Shown here: positions 8,860 to 18,744 of the stretch, in pieces
Position numbering within the stretch: the stretch's first letter is position 1
How the letters are laid out: each line of letters starts with the position of its first letter
Virus record (IMG/VR): IMGVR_UViG_3300048853_000105
Span: 1-57,587 of that record
DNA: 57,587 nucleotides
Strand: one strand, 5' to 3'
Source of the DNA: a virus
Lineage: Duplodnaviria; Caudoviricetes
Notes under the pieces: generated by a model
Seen by the model: the letters and a program-made list of their open reading frames with translations, nothing else
Database searches by the model: none
What the model was told of the DNA's origin: nothing
Position numbers and translations under genes: made by a program

Positions 8860-9510
8860 ATGCGTACAAAATCAATTTCAAAAGACGAGCTGAACGATAA
8901 GATCGAAGCAGCTGAAGAGGCTCATGAGTTAAAGGCTGGTACCAAGATTAAGGTTACCGAAGCGGCCGTTGGTAAAAGTGGCGTAAACGTTAAGTACTGG
9001 AAGGTGGTCACCCGAGATTTTCCAAATGCAAATGGCCAGGTTGAACTAAGGGAGTTTGAAAACCCTGGGCAAGAGAAGTTACCATTCCTGCCTCACCCTG
9101 ATCTATACCTTGCATTTGATTTGCTTCGTAGCCACCTGATCATTGCCTGCCAACAAAAAGAAGCATATGATGCTTATGGTGATTTCATCAGTCCTGTGAC
9201 ATTCGAAAGCTTCCAGGGTGAAGATCAAGACAACCCGCTGAGTAAGTTTAAGGTAACCGGCTTTGCAATCAATGACAGTGAAACAGGAGTGACGCTTACC
9301 GGCCACAAGCGAACAAGGGGTAACGCAACGCTGCCATTATCTCAGTACGCCGATTTCTTTGGCGGCGAAGATGCTTACGAGTTTGGAGATGAGCTTTACC
9401 ACTGCATCAAGCATGCTCGTAACGAAGTGCTGCTGTACTACAACGGTAAAGTTGCACCAGATTCCCAGTACTCGCTTGACTTCGATGAAGCAGCAAGTGA
9501 CATGGAGTAG
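8860..9510 (+). CDS. Hypothetical phage protein
   Basis: 216-aa ORF in operon. Confidence 0.7.
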   Translation: MRTKSISKDELNDKIEAAEEAHELKAGTKIKVTEAAVGKSGVNVKYWKVVTRDFPNANGQVELREFENPGQEKLPFLPHPDLYLAFDLLRSHLIIACQQKEAYDAYGDFISPVTFESFQGEDQDNPLSKFKVTGFAINDSETGVTLTGHKRTRGNATLPLSQYADFFGGEDAYEFGDELYHCIKHARNEVLLYYNGKVAPDSQYSLDFDEAASDME

Positions 9511-9574
9511 TCTTTTTTATCAACCATGGATATGCGCGAACAACATACAGCGCATATCCTTAATTTAAAACCAA

Positions 9575-9904
9575 ATGACTGAAATTAAAATAACCTTACC
9601 AAATGAAGCTTTCGCATCTGCTATAGTTTGTGTGCTTGAGGAAATGAATAGGGCTCGGAAGAAGCATCCTGAATGGCCAGTATGCAATGTCAAACGAGCC
9701 GCAATCGTCTGCGAAGAAGCAGGAGAAGTGATCCGAGAAGCCAACTTGATTGATGAAGGTAAAGGTTCAATTGAAAGCCTAAGAACTGAACTTATCCAGT
9801 GCGCAGGTACTTGCATCAGAATGTTAAACGAAATAAGTAAAGATTCAGATAATGAGCCTAGTATCATTGAGTACTTCGAGGAAAGGAGCGTGCGAAATGG
9901 ATAA
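9575..9904 (+). CDS. MazG-like pyrophosphohydrolase
   Basis: CEEAGEV...TELIQCA. Confidence 0.6.
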   Translation: MTEIKITLPNEAFASAIVCVLEEMNRARKKHPEWPVCNVKRAAIVCEEAGEVIREANLIDEGKGSIESLRTELIQCAGTCIRMLNEISKDSDNEPSIIEYFEERSVRNG

Positions 9905-10145
9905 GGTAACTGTGAATGCTGAACTAATTATAATTCTTGATAGCAAGAATGAATGGATCAGGAAAATACCCAATATGCTACCACAAAAGAAGTACTACAA
10001 AGAAGATTTCCTTTGGGTAGATAAAAATGATAATCAGCTTGTAATGGGTGAAGACTTTTCCGCTGCTGAAGAAATGGATTCTTACCCTGTGAGGGTCTAT
10101 CGAATGCAACGGGTTATAGATGTAAGAAAGGAGAGGCATCCGTAA
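9897..10145 (+). CDS. Hypothetical protein
   Basis: Overlap-coupled ORF. Confidence 0.6.
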   Translation: MDKVTVNAELIIILDSKNEWIRKIPNMLPQKKYYKEDFLWVDKNDNQLVMGEDFSAAEEMDSYPVRVYRMQRVIDVRKERHP

Positions 10146-12877
10146 TGAGTTTAGGAACCATCATGCAAATAGGGAATGTCTATAAGATAGAGTTCTCTTT
10201 CCGGCCATCCATCAATGAAGCGGTAAAGCAGTTACCGGAGAGAAAGTTCATTTATGCAGAGAAGTACTGGACCGTGCCGGTGATGTATAAGACCGCCGTG
10301 AAAGCGTTTGCAGAAAAGCATAAACTTGACTTCAGCGAAGAGACAGGCATTGAACCTGAAACAGATTTCGTTATCCCTCCGCTTCCGGAATTGACGATTG
10401 ATATTCCAACCAACAGGCCCATGCTGCCATGGCAGCCCGGTGGCGTAGCTTATGCGATGGAGAAGCAGCGCCTGATCATGGGGGACGACATGGGTCTCGG
10501 GAAGGAACAGCCGTTGTCAGCTAAGATATTAACTGGTGACGGATGGTTAACGATGGGAGAAATGAAGAAGGGAATGCTAATCTCATCTACATCAGGATAC
10601 CTGACCGAAGTTAGCGGTGTGTTTCCTCAAGGTAATAAGCAAGTGTTTAAAGTCACTTTCAGTGATGGATCATCAACCAGGTGCGGGGAAGATCACCTTT
10701 GGAAGATTACGACACCTACAAGGAAAAAGCGCGGCTATGCTTACATGGTGAAATCACTTCGGGAGATCATGCAGTTAGGATTGAAAGAGAAAAGCGGAAA
10801 TAGTAAGTTCTATATTCCGATAACAAAACCGGTTCATTTCAAAGAAAGAAATCTCGAGATTCACCCTTACCTATTGGGTGTTCTTTTAGGTGATGGAGGT
10901 CTTACTAGTAGTTACGCTAGATTAACTAATCCTGAACAGTTTATTATTGATAAGGTTTCTTGCCTTTTACCGTATAATGTCAGGATAAAACCAAGTGGCA
11001 ATACGCAAATCACATATGATTTAACTAAAGATAAGGGTGCGCAAAGCGATCCAAATCCATTAACAGTTTTCCTAAGAAACTACGGTTTAATGGGTGGTAA
11101 ATCCGAAACCAAATTCATTCCTGAAGATTACCTATTTAACACTATTGAAAACCGTATTCAAATGTTACATGGTTTGATGGATACTGACGGTTATTGTAAT
11201 CAGGGCAAGGCTAAGAACGGAAACTGTGTGCAATATTGCACGACCTCCAATAAGCTGTGTGACGATATCATCTTTCTGGTTCAATCATTAGGCGGGGTGG
11301 CAAGAAAGTACCGGAAAGAAAATGATCACCTTGGTGCCTGGATTATCACGCTCAACCTCCCAAATGATATAAAGCCTTTTTCGTTACCTAGAAAAGCAGA
11401 ACTGGTAAACAAACGCACTAAGTACTTCCCGACGAGAGCAATTGTAGCTATAGAGCCGGATGGAGTTGAGGAATGCCAATGTATTGCCGTTGATGCAGAT
11501 GATCACTGTTATATTACTGATGACTGTGTTGTTACTCATAATACGAGCCAAGCCATCATTGCTATGGAAGGATTGCATATGACCGGAAGAGCTGCTTATC
11601 CATGTCTGATTATCTGCCCATCTGCTGTAAAGGAAAACTGGGTGCTGGAGATTAAAGCGAATGTGAAACGGACCGGCATTGTCCTGAAGGATAGCGTAAA
11701 GAACACTTACCCTGAGTTCTTTCGGGTTGGTATGAGCCAATATTTCATCTGCAACTTTGAAAGCCTTAAAAAGTACTTTGTTGATCGAATTGATACACCG
11801 GAACCAGGGAAGAAGCTACGCATTAACAACATCCACTTCAAACAAAAGTACCTTGACTTTTTTAAGGCAGTGATAGTTGACGAGAGCCACAAGGTTAAAG
11901 CCCTTACAAGCCAAAATACAAAGTTCACCAAAGGCATTTGCACTGGAAAAGAAACGATCTTCCTGCTTACTGGTACGCCGATCGTAAACAAACCAAAAGA
12001 TCTTGTTTCCCAGCTTGGCATCCTTAATCGCCTTGGAGACTTCGGCGGCTACAAATACTTTGAAAAGCGTTATTGTTCAGGGCCCAAGGAAGCTTCAAAC
12101 ATGAAAGAGCTCAACTACAAGCTTAACCTCATCTGCTTTTACCGCCGGAACAAAACGGATCCTGATATCAAGAAGTTCCTTCCAGATAAGGCACGCCAAG
12201 TGATCCAGTGCGAGCTCGATCCAGAACACCGCCGGGAGTACGGCCATGCACAAGCTGATCTTGAGTCCTACATGGTTAACATCAAGAAGCAGTCAGATGA
12301 GCAAGTCGCCAAGTCCATGAAAGGAGAGGTAATGGTGCGCATCGGCATACTGAAGAACATCAGCGCACGGGGGAAGCTCAAAGATGCATTCTCTTTCATC
12401 CAGGATATCATAGACAATGGTCAGAAGATCGTGGTATTTGCCAGCCTGAAAGATGTAATTGCCAAGGTTCAGGAGAAGTTCCCAAGATCAGTTCGCGTGA
12501 CTGGAGCTGAAGATGGTAAACAGAAACAAGCTGCAGTTGACGCCTTCCAGAATGATCCTAAGATCCAGGTCATTGTTCTGAACCTAAAAGCCGGTGGAGT
12601 AGGAATCAATGGTCTGCAGAATGTTGCCACTCAGATCTGCTTCATCGAATTCGGCTGGCATGCTGCAATCATGGACCAGGCAGAAGATAGATTGTACCGT
12701 ACAGGTCAGCATGCAAACGTCATGTGTACCTACTTCCTTGGAAAGAACACCATCGACGAATGGAATTACAAGCTGATCAACAGCAAACGTGAAATCGCAA
12801 ATACCGTAACCGGAAACATTGACACGACTGAAGAAACACTAATTGACAGCGTGATAACATTATTCTCTAAACAATAG
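10145..12877 (+). CDS. SNF2-family helicase containing an intein
   Basis: DDMGLGK|T split Walker A, VDESH, LLTGTP, QAEDRLYRTGQ. Confidence 0.92.
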   Translation: MSLGTIMQIGNVYKIEFSFRPSINEAVKQLPERKFIYAEKYWTVPVMYKTAVKAFAEKHKLDFSEETGIEPETDFVIPPLPELTIDIPTNRPMLPWQPGGVAYAMEKQRLIMGDDMGLGKEQPLSAKILTGDGWLTMGEMKKGMLISSTSGYLTEVSGVFPQGNKQVFKVTFSDGSSTRCGEDHLWKITTPTRKKRGYAYMVKSLREIMQLGLKEKSGNSKFYIPITKPVHFKERNLEIHPYLLGVLLGDGGLTSSYARLTNPEQFIIDKVSCLLPYNVRIKPSGNTQITYDLTKDKGAQSDPNPLTVFLRNYGLMGGKSETKFIPEDYLFNTIENRIQMLHGLMDTDGYCNQGKAKNGNCVQYCTTSNKLCDDIIFLVQSLGGVARKYRKENDHLGAWIITLNLPNDIKPFSLPRKAELVNKRTKYFPTRAIVAIEPDGVEECQCIAVDADDHCYITDDCVVTHNTSQAIIAMEGLHMTGRAAYPCLIICPSAVKENWVLEIKANVKRTGIVLKDSVKNTYPEFFRVGMSQYFICNFESLKKYFVDRIDTPEPGKKLRINNIHFKQKYLDFFKAVIVDESHKVKALTSQNTKFTKGICTGKETIFLLTGTPIVNKPKDLVSQLGILNRLGDFGGYKYFEKRYCSGPKEASNMKELNYKLNLICFYRRNKTDPDIKKFLPDKARQVIQCELDPEHRREYGHAQADLESYMVNIKKQSDEQVAKSMKGEVMVRIGILKNISARGKLKDAFSFIQDIIDNGQKIVVFASLKDVIAKVQEKFPRSVRVTGAEDGKQKQAAVDAFQNDPKIQVIVLNLKAGGVGINGLQNVATQICFIEFGWHAAIMDQAEDRLYRTGQHANVMCTYFLGKNTIDEWNYKLINSKREIANTVTGNIDTTEETLIDSVITLFSKQ
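10505..11542 (+). mobile_element. Class-3-type intein with LAGLIDADG endonuclease (346 aa)
   Basis: Begins EQPL, block B DHLW, block F CQCIAV, ends VTHN|T; LLGVLLGDG and LHGLMDTDG. Confidence 0.9.
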
Positions 12878-12880
12878 ATT

Positions 12881-13486
12881 ATGGAAAATTGGAAAGACAT
12901 TGATAGCTATGAAGGTTATTACATGGTCAGTGACTTAGGTCGGATTAAATCTTTAGATAGACGGGTAGTATGTAATTCTGGCACCAAGCCAGTAAAAGGA
13001 CAAATTCTAAAGTATGCTTATGATAAGGATGGGTATAGAAAAGTGACACTTCAGAAAGAACGGAAAGCGCATCGTTTTCTTGTTCATAGGTTAGTGGCAA
13101 TCGCCTTCATTCCAAACCCTGAGAATAAGCCTCAAGTCAATCACAAAAATGGAATTAAGACGGATGTCTCGTTAGTAAATCTGGAATGGGCCACAGAATC
13201 GGAAAACACAAAGCACGCATTCGATAACGGCCTATGTACACAGAAAAAGGGGATTGATAATCGGAGATCAAAGCCTGTCATAATGTGCAGCCTAGATGGC
13301 AAGCCTATTCGTACGTTCGGATCAATAAGGGAAGCCGCCAGACAAACGAATGCGAAACAGTCTGCAATAACAGCATGCGTGGGTAAGAAAGCTCTTACTG
13401 CTGCCGGTTATTTATGGGTTTTAGAATCGGAAGATCAGACAGAAGAGACGCTGATTGATAGCGTGATGACTCTTTTTAGCAAGTAA
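12881..13486 (+). CDS. NUMOD4-HNH homing endonuclease
   Basis: ENWKDI..YMVSDLG; VHRLVA; VNHKNG..NLEW; FGSIREAAR. Confidence 0.9.
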   Translation: MENWKDIDSYEGYYMVSDLGRIKSLDRRVVCNSGTKPVKGQILKYAYDKDGYRKVTLQKERKAHRFLVHRLVAIAFIPNPENKPQVNHKNGIKTDVSLVNLEWATESENTKHAFDNGLCTQKKGIDNRRSKPVIMCSLDGKPIRTFGSIREAARQTNAKQSAITACVGKKALTAAGYLWVLESEDQTEETLIDSVMTLFSK

Positions 13487-13487
13487 T

Positions 13488-13511
13488 ATGCTTAATTAAC
13501 ATAAAGAACAT
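13488..13511 (+). promoter_or_regulatory. 24-bp box copy 1
   Basis: ATGCTTAATTAACATAAAGAACAT. Confidence 0.55.
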
Positions 13512-13514
13512 ACG

Positions 13515-14369
13515 ATGAATCGAAGAATTTTAAAGGTCCAGCGACCAATATTACGATACCATGGTGGTAAGTTCTTACTTGCCGATTGGATCATTAGTCA
13601 TTTTCCTGAGCACGAAGTATATACTGAAACGTTTGGGGGTGCAGGAAGCGTCCTCTTGAAAAAGAATAGGACTTATGCTGAAGTCTACAACGACCTTGAT
13701 GGCGAGGTTGTAAACCTCTTCAGAATTGTGAGAGATAGAGGAGATGAGTTACGCGAAAAAATAAGCTTGACTCCGTTTTCTAGGGATGAATTCGTCAAGA
13801 GTTTCCGGCTAGTCAAAAATCCACTGGAACGAGCTCGACGCACCGTGATCCGCTCATTCATGGGGTTTGGAAGTGGCATTTCATTCAAAAGCACTGGTTT
13901 CAGAGCAAACTCAAACAGATCCGGAACAATCCCCGCACGTGACTGGTGCAATTTGCCAGATGCTTATACTGCGATAATAGAAAGGCTTAAAGGGGTTATC
14001 GTTGAGAATCGAGATTGGCACCAGGTTGCTCTGCAACATGATAGTGCAAAGACTCTTCACTTCTTTGATCCGCCATATGTCTTGGACACAAGGTTTATGG
14101 GACAAAAAACAAGTATTTACAAGTATGAGATGAGCGATGGCCAGCATGAAGATTTCTGCAGCAAATTGATATCACTTAAAGGAATGTCAATTATATCCGC
14201 GTATGATAATGATATCTACAACGATCTCCTTCCTGATTTCAGGAAAGTTCATTGTAAGGCTTATGCAGATGGAGCAAAGGAACGAGTTGAAACGCTCTTT
14301 ATAAGCCCAAATACACCCAAAAAGCAGAGTTCAATTTTTGATCTGATCAGAGAGGATATCGCATCATGA
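13515..14369 (+). CDS. DNA adenine methyltransferase (D12/Dam class)
   Basis: YHGGK, FGGAGSV, NDLD, DPPY. Confidence 0.92.
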   Translation: MNRRILKVQRPILRYHGGKFLLADWIISHFPEHEVYTETFGGAGSVLLKKNRTYAEVYNDLDGEVVNLFRIVRDRGDELREKISLTPFSRDEFVKSFRLVKNPLERARRTVIRSFMGFGSGISFKSTGFRANSNRSGTIPARDWCNLPDAYTAIIERLKGVIVENRDWHQVALQHDSAKTLHFFDPPYVLDTRFMGQKTSIYKYEMSDGQHEDFCSKLISLKGMSIISAYDNDIYNDLLPDFRKVHCKAYADGAKERVETLFISPNTPKKQSSIFDLIREDIAS

Positions 14370-15850
14370 GAATAAATTCAAATCAGTTTAACATCAACTT
14401 CCATCAGGAAGTCGTTGTTTCAGATGATCTTACCTGTGGGGAATTCTTCGCTGGTGGTGGGGGTTGGACATCTGGACTTGAAAAAGTTGAGGGAGTAAAA
14501 ACCTTGTGGATACTTAACCACGACAAAGTAGCGCTGCGAACCAATGCTTTTCATCATAAAGATGTGAAGGTCTACTGGGCAGACATTTATGCTCAAGATG
14601 AGCACGAGCTTGAATATGTGGACTATGTTCATGCTTCAATTGAATGCACACAGCATAGCAACGCGAATGCTGGTAAAGACAAGAAACTAGGATCCTACAC
14701 AATGGGATGGGAACTTTACCGCTACCTGAAATTCCTGAATCCACTGGTGATCAGCATTGAAAATGTACCTGAGTTTAAGAAGTGGGCACCGATTGATGAA
14801 AGAACCGGAAAGCCAGACAAAAAGCGTAAAGGTGAAGAATTTGAACGCTGGAAAAAAGCAATAATGGATTTAGGATATGAATATAAAGAGTCCATCCGAA
14901 ATGCTGCAGATGATGGTTTGCCTACCCGTCGGGTTCGTTACTTCGCATTCTTCCACAAGCCTGGTATAGATATTTCCTTTCCAGAGTTCACGCATGCGAA
15001 GTTTGCTAGTGACGGAAAAAAGAAGTGGAAGGCATGTAGAAAGCACATAGACACGGATGATGAGGGTGTAAGCATATTTGGCAGGCAGTTCAATCCGAAA
15101 ATCAGGAAACATCAAAGAAAGCCGCTTTCCCCAAACTCGCTACGACGCATAGCCGGTGGCATTAAGAAGTACTATCCAGAAGGCTTTCAGTTTTTAGCCC
15201 ATTACTATGGTGAAGATTTCAAGAGATATCAAAGCCTTGATGCTCCTATAAACACCATTACTACTGAAAACCGACATCAGCTGATTACCATGGAGAAAGT
15301 GAAGTTCATTATGGATCATTGCCACACAGATAACTTCAACACGTTAGATGATCCTTTGAATCCGCAATTAACCAGACAGACCAAGCAATTGGTGCATGTA
15401 GACAACTTTATTTGCCAGTATTACGGAGGTAGTGACCAAGTTCAAACGCTTGATGCTCCAATTAACACAGTTCCATGCCGGGACACCCATCAGTTGATCA
15501 GAGTTGAAAAGCTGCAGTTTATCGCGAAGTACTTTAACTGCAATGGCAACCCTGAATATAGTGTGCAGAGTCTGGAAGATCCTCTATCTACCATACTCGG
15601 AGATAATAAACATCAGCTAATTACCTTGCTTGATGATCTGGATATCAAAGCAAGGTTCCTGCGGCCAGATGAACTTGCGGGATGCAGCACCTTCGAGAAA
15701 GGTTATTTCGCTCATCCGGAACTGAAGCTTTCTCATAAGAATGCAGTGAAGCTGATTGGAAATGCTGTTCCGCCAAAATGGGCGACGGTATTAGTATCCC
15801 CAAATGTCAGTGCCATGAAGCAGTATAAGTTGAGAATGGAAGTAGCTTAA
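14366..15850 (+). CDS. C5 cytosine DNA methyltransferase
   Basis: FAGGGG, ASIEC, ENV, RRVR, IGNAVP. Confidence 0.88.
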   Translation: MRINSNQFNINFHQEVVVSDDLTCGEFFAGGGGWTSGLEKVEGVKTLWILNHDKVALRTNAFHHKDVKVYWADIYAQDEHELEYVDYVHASIECTQHSNANAGKDKKLGSYTMGWELYRYLKFLNPLVISIENVPEFKKWAPIDERTGKPDKKRKGEEFERWKKAIMDLGYEYKESIRNAADDGLPTRRVRYFAFFHKPGIDISFPEFTHAKFASDGKKKWKACRKHIDTDDEGVSIFGRQFNPKIRKHQRKPLSPNSLRRIAGGIKKYYPEGFQFLAHYYGEDFKRYQSLDAPINTITTENRHQLITMEKVKFIMDHCHTDNFNTLDDPLNPQLTRQTKQLVHVDNFICQYYGGSDQVQTLDAPINTVPCRDTHQLIRVEKLQFIAKYFNCNGNPEYSVQSLEDPLSTILGDNKHQLITLLDDLDIKARFLRPDELAGCSTFEKGYFAHPELKLSHKNAVKLIGNAVPPKWATVLVSPNVSAMKQYKLRMEVA

Positions 15851-16074
15851 TGGCTACCATCAAAGGAACTATAAACTAAAAACAAGCCGATTAATAACAA
15901 ACCAATTATACCAATCCACAATCTGAACATGGAGCCCTTAGGTTTAATTGCACGTCTATTAAAATACAGTGAAAATAATCCTAATGCGAAACAAATTGAT
16001 AATAATCCAAGCCCTAATAATTCAAAGTTGATCATGATTAAAGTTATAAAACAAACTAACATGTTTGCCGGCAC
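15847..16074 (-). CDS. Small two-TM membrane protein (moron); start uncertain
   Basis: Two hydrophobic helices, AT-rich, opposite strand. Confidence 0.5.
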   Translation of the reverse strand: MPANMLVCFITLIMINFELLGLGLLSICFALGLFSLYFNRRAIKPKGSMFRLWIGIIGLLLIGLFLVYSSFDGSH

Positions 16075-16124
16075 TAAGCGCTTGCAGATGAATGAAAGTA
16101 TTGATGGGTCTATTCAGCCGTCAA

Positions 16125-16427
16125 TCAGATTCGGGAATTGAAATAGATGTGATCGTAGTAAGCATCGATGATTTCGTCTTTAACCAGAAAAGGAATCTCA
16201 AAGGTACTTTGCAACAGAATTACTCGGTCGTCTTGTTCATCACGTACGAAAAAGTTAAACATGGCTCCAGTGATATCCATTGAAGATGCTTCTTTGATCT
16301 CAATGTCCAAACCATGATTCTTTACGATGGAATTCGCTATTTCCTCCAGCTTTCGAGTCTTAAGTTTGAACCCTGGATCATCAAAGTAACAAGGCGTTTT
16401 AAGCATGGTCAAATTTAACACTGGCAC
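16125..16427 (-). CDS. Hypothetical protein (moron)
   Basis: Fills gap on opposite strand. Confidence 0.5.
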   Translation of the reverse strand: MPVLNLTMLKTPCYFDDPGFKLKTRKLEEIANSIVKNHGLDIEIKEASSMDITGAMFNFFVRDEQDDRVILLQSTFEIPFLVKDEIIDAYYDHIYFNSRI

Positions 16428-16464
16428 GATAATCAGTACATTACTAAATCATTAATTTGCACAC

Positions 16465-16830
16465 ATGAGCAACAGTGAGAAAATAAACGTATACGTCTAC
16501 ACCGGTCTTCCTGACGAAAAAAGGAATGAGTTTACCTCGCGCACGAAAGAGCGTGATTCTGAAATCATTGTTTCTGAAGTATGCAGTGTATTATCGGTCA
16601 CTGTGGACCAGCTCAAAAGCAATACACGCAAGCGGGAAGTGGTAGAAGCCAGGTTCATTGCAATGGCGCTTATCATGATTGCAAATCCGGATTTAACATT
16701 GAAAGAAGTAGGAGCCATGTTCAATCGTGATCACTCGACTGTCGTTTATGCCCGGGATACCTACAAGAAGCTAATGGAAGGTGATAAAGCGTTTCAAGAT
16801 AAGGTAGCTTTGGTTAAGCAGAAGGTGTAG
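16465..16830 (+). CDS. DnaA C-terminal (domain IV)-like HTH protein
   Basis: RKREVVEARFIAM...LKEVGAMFNRDHSTVVYA. Confidence 0.85.
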   Translation: MSNSEKINVYVYTGLPDEKRNEFTSRTKERDSEIIVSEVCSVLSVTVDQLKSNTRKREVVEARFIAMALIMIANPDLTLKEVGAMFNRDHSTVVYARDTYKKLMEGDKAFQDKVALVKQKV

Positions 16831-16853
16831 GCCTAGCTTTTTTAATCAATAAT

Positions 16854-16877
16854 ATGCTTAATCAACGTATTGCGCAT
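16854..16877 (+). promoter_or_regulatory. 24-bp box copy 2
   Basis: ATGCTTAATCAACGTATTGCGCAT. Confidence 0.55.
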
Positions 16878-16900
16878 AAAGGAATAATTAACTAATTTAG

Positions 16901-17006
16901 CGGTTCGGTTGGTAGCCGTAAGACATTCTAACATTACCCTGTACACCATCTTATGCGTTCTGCATTCGATCCAAGCTACCAACCTTTGGTGTGCAGGGTA
17001 ATGTTA
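16901..17006 (+). promoter_or_regulatory. Structured leader RNA (a-b-a'-b' topology)
   Basis: GGTTGGTAGC (16907) / GCTACCAACC (16975); 20-bp stem 16929-16948 / 16987-17006. Confidence 0.7.
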
Positions 17007-17020
17007 TCAATCAACCTGGT

Positions 17021-17728
17021 ATGGATTATATAAAGCAGATAAATGCTTTCTGGGCTAAATGCGAGATGGATATGGATTTGAAGCCATCATCTTCAATCGT
17101 ATACCTGGCGTTGCTTCAGATCAATAACCGATGTGGTTGGAAGGATAGGTTTCGCGTTTCCTTTGGTCAGGTTCTAAGTATGACCGGAATAACCAAAAAC
17201 ACTTACTATTCAGCTTTAAAAGAATTGGTAGACGGTGGTTACCTGCTTTATGAAAAAGGTCCGAATCAGTATCAATCTGCCTTTTTTCAGATAAATATGC
17301 TATACCAAAATTTGGTACTGCATGAGGAAAGCACAGGGAACGCACTTGGTACTGCAAAGGGAATGCATCGGGAAAGCACAGGGAATATTCCTAAACCTTT
17401 AAAAACAACTAAACCAGAAACAGATAAAACTGTAGGTGGGAATAAAAGATTTATTCCACCATCACACACCGAGGTTCAGGAATTCTTTGAATCAAAAATC
17501 AATGAAACATTTTGGACTGCTGACCAATGCCAATTCCAGGCTCAAAGATTTGTGAACTTCTACGAATCAAAAAACTGGATGGTCGGAAAAACGAAAATGG
17601 CAAAATGGAAGTCTGCAGCATCTGGATGGGTAAACCGATCGATGGAAGATCAAAAGCAAAAGACCACAACTCAACCCCAAAAAGGTTTTCAAGCTGCCAT
17701 GGATATGTACAATAAACTAAAATTATAA
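17021..17728 (+). CDS. Phage replication initiator
   Basis: N-terminal wHTH; C-terminal FIPPS...FVNFYESKNW..KWKSAASGW; internal iterons. Confidence 0.8.
   Translation: MDYIKQINAFWAKCEMDMDLKPSSSIVYLALLQINNRCGWKDRFRVSFGQVLSMTGITKNTYYSALKELVDGGYLLYEKGPNQYQSAFFQINMLYQNLVLHEESTGNALGTAKGMHRESTGNIPKPLKTTKPETDKTVGGNKRFIPPSHTEVQEFFESKINETFWTADQCQFQAQRFVNFYESKNWMVGKTKMAKWKSAASGWVNRSMEDQKQKTTTQPQKGFQAAMDMYNKLKL
17303..17385. repeat. Iteron array, probable replication origin
   Basis: TTGGTACTGCA x2 (17312, 17346), GGAAAGCACAGGGAA x2 (17326, 17371), ~11-bp GG(A/T)A..GCA period. Confidence 0.7.
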
Positions 17729-17730
17729 TT

Positions 17731-18486
17731 ATGAATCAACTAGCCAATTCAAATTCAACTTTAGAGAAGTCGAAAGGTAAATATCAACATGTTCTATTGA
17801 ACCCTCCTGCATTCACATTTGATTACAGAACAGTTCACAACGAAGTTTTAACTCAAATCATGAAATCAGTAACGCATCTGAACTGGAGTGTGCCTGATCA
17901 AAATACGTTAGCGGTCCTGGTGACTGAGGTCAGCAAAGCCATAGTTGAGAAATACAAGACGCTCAGAAAAGAAGAAATATCAACCGCCTTCGCGAAAGGA
18001 ATCAGAGGAGAGTATGGCGAGTTTATGGGATTGAGTGTCATCACCTTTGAAAAATTTATTATCTCATACTTGGCAAGCGACTACCGGTCAGAACTAGGGA
18101 AGACTGTACCAAAAGCAGAGATTCCAGGACCATCCAAGGAGGTAACCCGGCAGGATAAGATCAACTGGGCTCAGAAGGCGTTCAAAGAATTTCAGCAATC
18201 CGGGTTCTATAATGACTTGGGAAACATAGTTTACATCTTTTTAGACTCAGAAAAGCTTATTCCATTCACAACTAAAGAGAAATTTGAAATTCTTGAAGAG
18301 GCTAGAAGGCAAGAATATGCCAGGCTGCAGAATCCAGCTACACCACACGAAGCCCGTAAGTTCAATAAACTCATAGAGGCTTTAATAGACAGCAACGATG
18401 CTATTCTGCCATTATCCAGACGTATTGCTCTGAACAAATATTTCAGAATCCTTGTCGATAGCGAGCAAGAACTAACATTTCATTAA
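17731..18486 (+). CDS. Replication-associated protein (helicase-loader position)
   Basis: Follows initiator; EEISTAFAKGIRGEYG. Confidence 0.55.
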   Translation: MNQLANSNSTLEKSKGKYQHVLLNPPAFTFDYRTVHNEVLTQIMKSVTHLNWSVPDQNTLAVLVTEVSKAIVEKYKTLRKEEISTAFAKGIRGEYGEFMGLSVITFEKFIISYLASDYRSELGKTVPKAEIPGPSKEVTRQDKINWAQKAFKEFQQSGFYNDLGNIVYIFLDSEKLIPFTTKEKFEILEEARRQEYARLQNPATPHEARKFNKLIEALIDSNDAILPLSRRIALNKYFRILVDSEQELTFH

Positions 18487-18513
18487 TTCCCAAACTGCAC
18501 AACTAAAAAGAAA

Positions 18514-18744
18514 ATGGACAATATATTAGTAAAGTCGGACCTTGATGTCTTCATCGAGAAGTATCAACCGTCAAAATTCAAGAAATTAAAAAACAGCGTC
18601 GAGGTGCGCAGCGTCGTAGATGTCGAATCAGCATCGAATAAAGCCACAGAATTGATTGATTCACTATCTCTGGGTTTGGTGGTCGTTCGAGACGCAAGCG
18701 CGGCTTGTAGAGGAGCTTTTGAGGTAAAGAAGGTTGAGGTATGA
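18514..18744 (+). CDS. Hypothetical protein
   Basis: Operon ORF. Confidence 0.6.
   Translation: MDNILVKSDLDVFIEKYQPSKFKKLKNSVEVRSVVDVESASNKATELIDSLSLGLVVVRDASAACRGAFEVKKVEV

Noticed and set aside
16058-17793. Extra AACATGTT copies at 16058 and 17786
   Set aside because: Single 8-mers are plausible by chance; one lies inside a coding region
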